Below are positions 40,001 through 51,326 of a DNA stretch of 64,000 nucleotides, in pieces. The position numbers and the translations under genes are program-made. Under the pieces are notes generated by a model, which had not been told where the DNA came from, ran no database searches, and worked only from the letters and a program-made list of their open reading frames with translations. This DNA is from Cycas panzhihuaensis (Eukaryota; Plantae; Cycadophyta): positions 32,433,741 to 32,497,740 of the forward strand of contig CM041465.1 of NCBI GenBank assembly GCA_023213395.1. The letters run 5' to 3'. Positions within the stretch are counted from its first letter, which is position 1, and each line of letters opens with the position of its first letter.

Positions 40001-41878
40001 GGAGACAGAAATACTTAATTATTCCATATGACAACTATGAAGCATAAAGCCTATAATTATATAAAAAGCATGCTAAATAAAGATGGGGAGGAGATTGGGT
40101 GGGACAATATTAAGGGGGCAGCTATGGATTATTTCAGGGAGCTATGTAGTGAGCTAGGTTATAAGGACGAGGAGGCTAAGAAGGAGATTCTTGCCCTGAT
40201 ATATAAGATGGTGGGGTGCATTGTGAATAAAGCCCTAGAGGCCCCTTTCTCATTGGATAAGGTTAGGAAAGCTATATTTGGCATGAAGAGGGAGAAAGAC
40301 CCTAGGCCAAATGGGTTCCCCCTGGGGCTCTACGAGGAATATTAGGACATCATTAAGGATGGCTTCCTTGAAGCTGTAAAGGATATTTTTGAAAATGGAA
40401 AGATTCATGAGTAGTGGAAGGCTACTTTCTTAGTCTTAATCCCTAAGAAAAGTGATGCAAACAGGATGGAAGAGTTTAGGCCTATTAGTTTGTGTAATGT
40501 GAAGTACAGAATTTTAGTAAAGATCTTGGCCAATAGGATGAAGGAACTCCTTCCTTTTATTATAGGTCCTAACCAAGATGGGTTCATCAAGGGGAGACAA
40601 ATTTTGGATGGTATTATAGTAGTTCATGAAATGATCCACTCAACTTATCAAAGGAAGGACCCTGGGATGATTGTTAAGATAGATCTCTTGAAGGCTTATG
40701 ATAGAGTTTTGTGGGGTTGCCTATTGGAGTGCATCAGAGCCTTTGAATTTAGAGAATGCTAAAAGACATGGATTGAGAGTTGTATCTTAAAACCTAGCTT
40801 CTTAGTGATTATAAATGGAACATTTATAGCTTTCTTCCTAGGTTACATAGGGCTTAGATAAGGAGACCCTCTTTCCCCTTACTTGTTTATCACTATGGCT
40901 AAGTTAATTAGAAAATCCATGGAGGAAGCTAGGAGATTTGGGAAGATTGTGAGCTTAAGGCCCACCTCTGAGGTTGCCAATGTTGTTCATAGCCACTTTG
41001 TAGATGATAATATTCTATTAAGTAGGGCTTCCATTAAGGAAGCAAAAGCTATCAAAGCCCAACTGGAGACATTTGAGGTTACTACAAATAAGAAGGTAAA
41101 CCTAGAAAAGATGAATATATTCTTTTTGAACACTATGGACAAGACACAAAGGGCCATAATCAGGATCTTGGAAATGCCCATTAGAGCCCTCCTAACCTAG
41201 TATCTTGGTATACCTCTATTTGTGGGAAGAATGCAAATCAACTTGTGGAATCTGATTATTAGTCAGGTATAAAGGAAGCTAGTTAGTTAGAAAGGGGCCT
41301 TACTTAGTCAGGCCAAGAATCTCCAATTATTGGTGGCATATCTTTAGAGCATCCATACCTATGTAATGTCTTTGTTTAGGTGTTCTGGGAAGGTGATGAA
41401 CACTTTGAAAACTATTTAAAAAAAAAAATCATTTAGTCAGGAGTTGAGGATAGGGAAAGAATTCACTTGGTTTCTTAGGAGGAAGTGTGTCTTCCCAAAT
41501 GGGTGGGAGGCTTGAACATAAAGGATATAACATGCTTTAATAGGATGACTAGGATGCTTTTAGGTAGAGAAAATACTCAAGTGAGCCATCCTTATAGGGA
41601 AGGAAATAGGGTGGCTCATAGGCTTGCTAACTGGGGAGTCTAGTTTAGAGGATTTGAGGTATGGAAGGGCAACATTCCTAATGAGATTGTAGGTCTAGCT
41701 AGGAAGGATTTGGGACTTAAGATCTAATGGTCATTAGTTTGATAAGATAAACATTTCTTAGATAGCTAGGTCATGGGCTTCTCACAACTGATTTCTGATG
41801 TCGTTATGGCAGTTCTTGTATAGGGGTTGGGGTCCCCATTTTAACCCCTATTTATTTAAACCTAATAAAGAAAAAAAA
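37100..41878 (+). mobile_element. L1-clade LINE, copy 2, with a ~1.4-kb internal deletion and an intact 3' end
   Basis: Colinear with copy 1 at an offset of ~6073. AATAAA 41864-41869 and A8 tail 41871-41878. TSD GTATCCATTGTA at 37088-37099 and 41879-41890. Confidence 0.95.
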
Positions 41879-42129
41879 GTATCCATTGTAATAAAATTTT
41901 AACATAATGATAGTGTTGATAAATAGCTTTAGGAAAAATGCCACTTATTTATAGTTGGTAGTTTGGGATGGAACCCACCATCAACCAACACTTTTGAAAT
42001 TGAAAATAATAATATAAAATATATACTTGATGGCTATTGGAGTTTATTGGTAGCTATTGACAACTTCTAAAGTCCCAAGGTAACTTATGCATATTTTTAA
42101 TAAAATAATAAACATTATTGCTAATATTC

Positions 42130-42871
42130 TCCCCCATAATATTCATTATGTGTAATGCCAAGTTTCTCTTTGAATTTATGGAACTTGAACTTTAGAAAGA
42201 CCTTAGGGAAGAGATTTGCTACTTATTCCTTTGTTTTGTAATAAACCAATTCTATGTCACCATCCTTTATTAATATCATTATAATGTAGGCCTTTTCAAG
42301 AGTATGAGGCTCATGTAGTTCCCAAGCTTGTCTTAGTAGGATGAAGTTGACTTGATTTGAATAAGTAGATCTGGAGGATTTGGCTTCTTGGTCTTTGTCT
42401 TCCTTGACTTTTACCTTGTAGTAATCATCTACTTTGTTGGAGTCATTTAGATCAATGGTACATATAACATTATCAGATACAACATTGGGATCATGTTCTA
42501 ACATCTATCCCACAAATAACACATCATTAGTGTATCTACTTTCCCTTAATTCAATAGTTGTGGCTCCTCCCATGAATCAATTTCAAAGTGTCCCATGCAT
42601 TCTTTGATGTAGTTATTTCACTTATGCTTGAGAATATATGGTTATCCAATGCACAAAATATTAATGTTAATGTTTCATTGTCTTTCTTAACATTTTCCTT
42701 ATAAATTTATTCTTTTTCTAAGGTAATATTGTCACTTAAGTCATTGTAACTATCCTTCACAAGATTCAAAAGATTTTTAGTAATAAAAAATGATTTCATC
42801 AATTTACTCCAAAGTGGAAAATTAGTTCTATCAAATATAGGTATAAGCATATCATTAAGATTTATTACCAT
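42130..42871 (-). pseudogene. gag: Unit 1: truncated Copia Gag fused to the RNase H C-terminal tail
   Basis: IPIFDRTNFPLWSKLMKSFF...; IKDGDIELVYYKTKE*VANLFPKVFLKFKFHKFKEKLGI. Confidence 0.8.
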
Positions 42872-45219
42872 TATTAAAAAACCTTTAATACATAATTTAA
42901 ATAAAATACACATTTATATATAAAAATAGATTTTATACATGGTCTTATTAATCAAATAATATTCCCTTTAACATTAAATAAAAAATAACTTGAAAATGAA
43001 AATGAAATAAACCTCTTTTCAAATGAAATAAATATGGAACAAATGAACTTTTGAATTGATATTAATAAGGGTCCTTCTTAATGGATAAAAGCATCTTTGA
43101 AATAAAATGAAATGAAGCTCTTTAAATGAAATAAATGTAAGATAAATAATCTTTTTTTAATGAAATAAGTATGAAACTAATAAGCTTCCAAAGTGATACA
43201 AATGAACTCTAAAAATAATATCAAATGTAAAGAAATAAGAGAGCCTTTTAAATGAGCTTTCAAGATGCAATGAGATGCACTCTAGGTGAACTTTTAAGTG
43301 TAATAAAGGAACCTTAATTAAACTTTGAAATATATTTTAATAATGAAGCATAAATAACCTTTAAATGATCCAAAAAGAGCCTAATATGAGCTTTAAGATA
43401 AAATAAATAAGTTAAAAATAATCTTAAAATATAAATGAGCTTTTAAGATGTACTAAATGCACTTTATATGAACCTTTAGGGTGTAAAAAGATATCCTTAA
43501 ATGATCTTTGAAATTTGCTTTGAAAATGAGATACTTTTTTCTTTAACTAAGCTAAACAAGCTTGATATGAGTTTAAAATAAAATGAATGAGCTAAAGAAT
43601 GAAATAGATTAGAAGACACTTATATATGAAATGACATCTAAATATCTTCTTCACCTTTAAGAGGTAAACTTTCACTAAAAACCATAAAAATTTAAATGTA
43701 AGGCTAAAAAACCAAGTGAAATCAGTAAGAGGTAGATTAATATATTGATAAAATATAAATATACTTGAATAGAATCGTTAAATAACTCAGAAAAAAAAAA
43801 AAAACAGAGCTCAAACTTCAATTAATTTTAAGGGTTAATTTTAGTAGCCTAAAAAACCTACAAAACAACCTCAAATCATAATAACACTAGCCTTAATACA
43901 TAGATTATTAAATTACCTTTCTAACAAATCTAATTATTCAAAAAATGGACTCTTGGATCAAAAGTTATAGCCAAAACTGTGAAGACACCTTCTTATGGTG
44001 AAAAAACTAAATTAGCGGGGGGGGGGGGGTTAAGTCCATTTTAATCAGAATCAGAGCCCCTGGTCACTTTGAGGGCTAGAAATACTAGCCACTAGCTTGA
44101 AAGGGGGCTAGCAGAGCCCAAATATTATGAAAAGCAATTAAACCCTTTAAAAACCAAATTAATTAAAGATGACTTCTAAAATTTAGAATCCAGGCTTAAA
44201 AAATCAAAGGTAGAGGTCATATGAGGGTAAATATAGCTATGAATAGGGGGATAAATAGGCTGGTAACTCAAAAAATATTAAATTTGATTAAATATCATTC
44301 AACTTTAAAACTTTGTAATAAATAAAAGTGATTTAAGAAAATAAAAAGAAAATGTTTACAAAATGCACAGGTCTGTGCATAGATGAAAACTTCAGTCACT
44401 CATAACTCCATGGATATTAACTAGATCTACATGAAATTATAGATATAGAGGTGTAAGATCAAGATAGACACACCTCTAAATTTTCACAAATAATGGTGGT
44501 CAAATGAGAGAGTTTCAACTAAAACTTTATCAAACAGCTAAAATTTCTCAAAGGGCTCGTTTGACTCATAAAAGCAACATATTGAGACAAAATTTTAAAG
44601 GTAGCTAGAGAAGCCTAATTCACAGGAATAAGATAAATTTCATAGGATTCTAATATCCATATATGGATAATAAATGATTTTACATAAATAGCCTAGGATT
44701 TGAGTAGATAGTGGGAGATAGAGTGATTTTGAAGGCAATTTCTTACTATAGGAGTGACAAAATTCAAAACCGTCAAATCTAGTGTAGAGATGACTTAGAG
44801 AGATTTCAAATAGATGGTCATTTAGGATGGTTTGGATCACTATGGAGAGTGTACCAGCCTATAGAATTCTAAATTTATAGAAAACCCTAAAAAAAATAAA
44901 GAAAACTATTAAAATCTTGTAAAATATTAAATGAAACATCAATTTAATGGCTCCAATTAAATGTTGGGTTGATTATACCAACTATTGCTACATAGATCTA
45001 AGAAAATACAAATTATGTTAAGTATATAAATAAAAATAGTTAAATGTTTAATAAAATAATATAAAAAACTATTAATAAACTTTATAAAATTGAATAAAAA
45101 CTTAATATAATGCTTACCATGAGTCATTTTTTATAAATCTTTACTTTAAAACTAATAAATATTTGCTTTTATTCCAAATGTAGACAAATGAAGCTAACCT
45201 AACAAGATTTGATATAAAA

Positions 45220-45544
45220 TGAAGTAAATAGGGGACAGAGCAGAATAGGATTTATTCTATATTTGCAAAAGAATATAACATAAAGATCAATATTAGGTAT
45301 CCATTGTAATAAAATTTTGGCTTAATGGTAGTGTTGATAAATACCTTTGGGCAAAATGCCACTTATTTATGGTGGGAAGGTTGGGATGGAACCCACCATC
45401 AACTAACACATTTAAAATTTAAAATAATGATATAAAATATATACCTGATGGCTATTAGAGGCTATTGGCAGCTATTGACAACTTGTGAAGTCCCAAGGTA
45501 ACTTATGCATACCTTTAATAAAATAATGAACATTATTGTTAACA
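45220..45544 (-). repeat. Shared LTR2 of the tandem array
   Basis: TG...CA termini, flanked by a decayed PBS and a PPT. Confidence 0.9.
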
Positions 45545-45549
45545 TTCTC

Positions 45550-46289
45550 TTCTATATTGATCATTATGTATAACACTAAGCTTCTCTTTGAACTTATGGA
45601 ACTTGAACTTTAGAAAGACCTTAGGGAAGAGATCTGTAGATTATTCCTTTACTTTATAATAAACCAATTCCATGTCATCATCATGTATTAATATCATTAT
45701 AATGTAGGCCCTTTCAAGAGTATGAGGCTCATGTAGTTCACAAGTTATTTTAGTGGGACAAAGTTGACCTGATTTGAATGAGTAGATCTAGAGGATTAAG
45801 CTTCATTAGGGTCTTTGTCTTCCTTAACTTTTACCTTGTAGTGTTCATCTACTTTGTTGGAGTCATTTAGGTCAATGGTACATAAAACATTATCAAATAC
45901 AACATTGTGATCCTATTCTAACATCTGTCCCATAGATAATACATCATCAACATATCTAGTTTCCCTTAATTCAATAGTTGTGGCTCCCCCATGAATTAAT
46001 TCCAAGGTGTTCCATGTATTCTTTGATGTAGTTATTTCACTTATATTTGAGAATATGTGGTCATCCAATGCACAAAATATTAGCGTTAATGCTTCATTAT
46101 CTTTTTTCGCATTTTCTTTAAAGATTTGTTCTTCTTCTAAGGTATCCTTACCACCTAAGTTATTATAACCATCCTTTATAAATTCCAAAGATTTTTAGCA
46201 ATAAAAAATAATTTCATCAATTTACTCTAAAGTGGAAAATTAGTTCCATTAAATATAGGTATAAGCATATCATCAAGATTTATTTCCAT
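45550..46289 (-). pseudogene. gag: Unit 2: truncated Copia Gag/RNase H tail fusion
   Basis: KKDNEALTLIFCALDDHIFSNISEITTSKNTWNTLELIHGG (UBN2-type). Confidence 0.8.
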
Positions 46290-46323
46290 TATGAAAAAAA
46301 CTTTAATATATAATCTAATTAAA

Positions 46324-46331
<8 letters not shown>

Positions 46332-46394
<63 letters not shown>
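46332..46394. repeat. (TA)n microsatellite, about 31 units
   Basis: Seen directly. Absent at the equivalent position in units 1 and 3. Confidence 0.98.
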
Positions 46395-46397
<3 letters not shown>

Positions 46398-48666
46398 TAT
46401 ATGTGATCTTATTAATCAAATAAGATTCTTTTTAACATCAAATGAAATAACTTGAAAATGAAAATGAAATAAACCACTTTTCAAATGAAATAGATATAGA
46501 ACAAATAAACTTTCAAATTGATGCCAATAAAGCTCATTCTTAACAGATAAAAGCAACTTTGAAAATGAAATGAAATGAATCTCTTTAAATGAAATAAATA
46601 TAAGATAAATTATTCTTTTTTATTGAAATAAGTATGAAACTATTGAGCTTCTAAAGTGATACAAATGAACTCTAAAAATAATATGAAATGTAAAGAAGTA
46701 AGAGAGCCTTTTAAATGAGCTTTAAAGATGCAATGAGATGCACTCTATGTGAACTTTTAAGTGTAATAAAGGAACCTTAATTAAACTTTGAAATATATTT
46801 TAATAATGAAGCATAAGTGACCTTTAAATAATCTAAAAGGAGCCTAATTTGAGCTTCAAGATAAAATGAATAAGTATAAAATGATTTTAAAGTGTAAATG
46901 AGCTTTTAAGATGTACTAAATACACTTTATATAAGTCTCTAATGTGTAAAAAATCTAGCCTTAAATGACCTTTAAAATATGCTTTGAAAATGAGATAAAT
47001 TATCCTTTAATTGAGCTAAACAAGCTTGACATAAGCTTTAAGATAAAATGAATGAGCTATAGAATGAAATAGAAGCTTTAAAATAAAATGATTTAGGGTT
47101 TAGTAGTCACTTACATATGAAATGATGTCCAAATATCTTCTTATTCTTTAAGAGGTAAAATTATGCTAAAAATTATAAAAAATCAGATATAAGCCTCCAA
47201 AAACCAAGTGAAATCAGCCAGAGATAGACTAGTGTATCAATAAAATATAAATATGCTTGAATAGAATCATTAAATAACTCAAAAAAATGAAAATAGATCA
47301 ATCTTAGATCAATTTGAAGGGCTAAAATTAGTAATCTTATAACCTCAAATCATAATAAAATTAACTTTAGTATGTAGATTATTGAATTATCTTTTCATCA
47401 AATCTAGTCATTTGAAACTGGACTCCTAGATTAAAAGTTATAGCCAAAACCATGAATACACATTCTTATGGCAAAAAAATTGAATTTGGGGGTGGTAGGC
47501 CCCTTTCAATCAAAACCCCTGGTCAGCTGGAGGGATGAAAAGACTAGCCATAAGCTTGTGAAGGGGGTTAACAGATCTCAAATATTATGAAAAGTAATTA
47601 AACCTTTTAAAAGCCAAATGAAATAAAGATAACTTATAGAATTTAGAATCTAGGCTTAAAAAATCAAAGGTAGAGGTTATATGAGGGTAAATATGACTGT
47701 GAATGGGGGGATAAATGGGCTTGTAGCTCAAATAATATTAAATTTAATTAAATTTCACTAAATTTTAGAACTTTGTAATAAATAAAAGTGATTAAAAAAA
47801 TTTTAAAAACCATTTATGAAATGTGCACATCTGCACTCAGACTAAAACTTCAATTGATAAAAAAACCATGGATATTAATTGGATCTATATTAAATTTTAG
47901 AGATAGAGGTGCAAGATCAAGATAGAGACACCTCTAAAATTTTACAAAGAGTGGTGGTCAAATAAGAGAGTTTCAAGCAAAACTTTAGCACATAGACAAA
48001 ATTGCTTAGAGAGCTTGTTATACTATAGAAGCAATAGATTAAGACAAAAATTTAGAGGTAGTCAGATATGCCTACTACAGAGTTGTAACTCAAATTTCAT
48101 AGGATTTTGATAACTAGAGATGGAGAATAGATGATTTTACATAAATAATCTAGGGTTTAAGCATACGGTAGGAAAAAGAATACTTTTGAAGGCAATTTCT
48201 CACTGGAGGAGTGACAAAATTTGAAACCATTGAATCCAATGCAGAGCTGACTTAAAGAGATTTAAAATGAATGGTCACTTGAGATGTTTTGGATCATCAT
48301 GGAGAGTACACCAGCATATAGAAGTCTAAATTTATAGAAAAACTTCAAAAAATAATAAGAAAACTATTAAAATCTTATAAAATATTAAATGAAATATTAA
48401 TGTAATCACTTCAAATAAATGTTGGGTTGATTATACCAACTATTACTGTAAAGATCTAAGAAAATATAGATTATATAAGTATATGAATCAAAATAGTCAA
48501 ATATTTAATAAAATAATTAAAAAAAACTATTAATGAACTTTATAAAATTAAATATAATACTTGTTGTGAGTTGTTTTTTATAAATATTTACTTCAAAATT
48601 AATAAATCTTTATATTAATACCAAATGTAGCTAAATGAAGCTAACGTAAGAAGCTCTGATACCAAA

Positions 48667-49000
48667 TGAAGTAAATAGGGGACAAAGCAGAACAAGATTT
48701 ATTCTATATTTGTAAAAGAATATAATATAAAAAATATAAAAATCAATATTAGGTATCTATTGTAATAAAATTTTGGCATAATGGTAGCATTGATAAACAT
48801 CTTTAGGTAAAATGCCACTTATTTACGGTTGGGAGGTTGGAAGGGAACCCACCATCAACCAACACTTTTGAAATTTAAAATAATAATATAAAACACAAAC
48901 CTAATCACTATTAGAGGTTGTTAGTAGCTATTGATAGCTTGTGAAGTTCCAAGGTAACTTATGAATACTTTTAATAAAATAATGAATATTATTACTAAGA
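48667..49000 (-). repeat. Shared LTR3 of the tandem array
   Basis: Homologous to LTR2, with a perfect PBS on one side and TTCTCCCCCA PPT on the other. Confidence 0.9.
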
Positions 49001-49750
49001 TTCTCCCCCATAATGTTTATTATGTATAATGCCAAGCTTCTTTTTGAATTTATAGAACTTGAACTTTAAAAAGACCTTAGGGAATATATTTGTTGCTTGT
49101 TCCTTTGTTTTGTAATAAACCAATTCCATATCACCATCTTGTATTAATGTCATTATAACATAAACCTCTTCAAGAGTGTAAAGCTCATGTAGTTCCCAAG
49201 CTTGTCTTAGTAGGACAAAGTTGCCTTGATTTGAACAAGTATATTTGGAGGATTCAGCTTCATTAGGGTCTTTATCTTCCTCAACTTTTACCTTGTAATG
49301 ATCATTTACTTTATTGGAGTTATTAGGATCAATAGTACACATAATATTATCAAATACAACATTATGATCCTATTCTAACATCTATCCCATAGATAACACA
49401 TCATTAACATATCTAGTTTCCTTTAATTCAATAGTTGTGGAACCCCCATGAATCAATTCTAAAGTGTCACATGCATTATTTAATGTAGTTATTTCACTTA
49501 TGCTTGAGAATATGTGTTCATCTAATGCACAAAATATTAATGTTAATGCTTCATTATCTTTCGTCATATTTTTTTAAAGATCTATTCCTCTTCTATGGTA
49601 GCATTGCCACCTAAGTTATTGTAACCATCCTTCATAAAATTCTAAAGATTTTTAGTAATAAAAAATATTTTCATCAATTTAATCCAAAGTGAAAAATTAG
49701 TTCCATCAAATATAAGTATAAGTATATCATCAAGATTTATTACTATTATG
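48995..49750 (-). pseudogene. gag: Unit 3: truncated Copia Gag/RNase H tail fusion
   Basis: ORFs 49382-49567 and 48995-49342 (IQDGDMELVYYKTKEQATNIFPKVFLKFKFYKFKKKLGI). Confidence 0.8.
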
Positions 49751-51326
49751 AAAAAAAATCAATGCACAATCTAAATAAAATACATATTTCTATATGAAAA
49801 TAAATTTTACATGTGGTCTTATTAATCATATAAGATTCCTTTTAACATCAAATGAAAAATAACTTTAAAAAGAAAATGAAATAAACCTCTTTTCAAATGA
49901 AATAAATATGGAACAAATGAACTTTTAAATTGATACCAATAAGGTTCCTTCTTAATGGATAAAAGCAACTTTGAAAATGAAATGAAATAAAGCTCTTTAA
50001 ATGAAATAAATGTAAGATAAATAATCTTTCTTAAATGAAATAAGTATGAAACCAATAAGCTTCCAAAATGATACTAAAAATAATATGAAATGTAAAGAAA
50101 TAAGAGAGGCTTTTAAATGAGCTTTCACAATCAATGAAATGTACTCTAGGTGAACTTTTAAGTGTAATAAAGGAATATTAATTGAAAACTCTATCATGAG
50201 TATAAATTATTTATAAGATTAAATTATTATGTAAATATCATTCTAAAAATACTAATATATATACATGACACTAAAAAAAAACAAATGTATAATCTCTAAT
50301 AAAAATGTAAATTGCCACCAAAGTCCAAAATAAGTCTAAACTTGTTCTACCTATAAGTCATATACTTAGGGACATCACATTCCCTCATGAGTATAAACTA
50401 CAACTTCCCCAAGTCATATGCTTGTGGGCACTGGACTTTGTAATAAGTATAAACTAATTGAATATTATATCATGAGTTTAAACTATCACTTATACATTTT
50501 ATTTATAAAAAAATTATATTAACAAAAAAATCAAAAACCCAAAAACATACTCTAAAATGAGGATAAACTACTTCTAGGCATTGATTCAATCCTCTCACAA
50601 TCATTAGAAAAACAAAAAACGTAATTGAATTTTAAAAGAATGAAAAAAAAAAAAAAAAACAAATTCCACTTTCTGCCTTGCCTCACTTTACTATGTATGC
50701 ACTATTATGATTCATAATAAGACATGATGTCCCATTAGAGATCATAACATGATATGACATCTTATTCTAAATTTCATTATAAAGCCAACCATTATAGCAT
50801 AAAATTCTTTTATTATTAAAATAAAATTCTCATAAAGGGCTCTATCTAACCAATAGTCTTGTGTTTATCCCTATGTAGGATATAGAGTATTCAAGAGATT
50901 AAATAATGTTAATATACTAAAGTTAAAATACCCATGAAAATGTTATAAATACCCATATAAATACACCCATGATGTGCCTAAATATTCTCTAAGAAAAGTA
51001 AATTAAAGTGTGGTCAAGTTTATAAGTGAGACATAAGATTTTGAACCCTAATTTCACATTCAATGATCACTTTTATACCCTTGACTATTTTATATACCTC
51101 AACCCCTTAGGCTAGCCTTTTTGTTTATATTTTCTCTAGTCGTTTGCATTCCCTCCAAAGTAATTTACTACCATGCACTAACTAACTTATGAGCCTACTT
51201 TATAGTAATTTGGTTATAAAATAAATTAGGCTCTAACTGTCTTATATGATCTTCATTATAACATATGTTATTAGAAGTTTTAATTTTACTCTAATAACAT
51301 GTTAGATTATACTCATCATATGTAAC

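Larger units (their letters stand above)
41879..50185 (-). mobile_element. Tandem array of three ~3.4-kb non-autonomous Copia-derived units with shared LTRs (third unit truncated)
   Basis: LTR1 ~30946-31026 plus 41879-42126 (split by the LINE), LTR2 45220-45544, LTR3 48667-49000. PPT to the right of each LTR (42127, 45545, 49001). PBS to the left of LTR2 (decayed, ~45206-45217) and LTR3 (GCTCTGATACCA, 48653-48664). Periods 3418 and 3456 bp. Confidence 0.92.

Noticed and set aside
37036-41540. LINE duplication as an assembly artefact
   Set aside because: The copies carry many private substitutions, a private 1.4-kb deletion and a defined microhomology junction. A merged-haplotype artefact cannot be fully excluded without reads.
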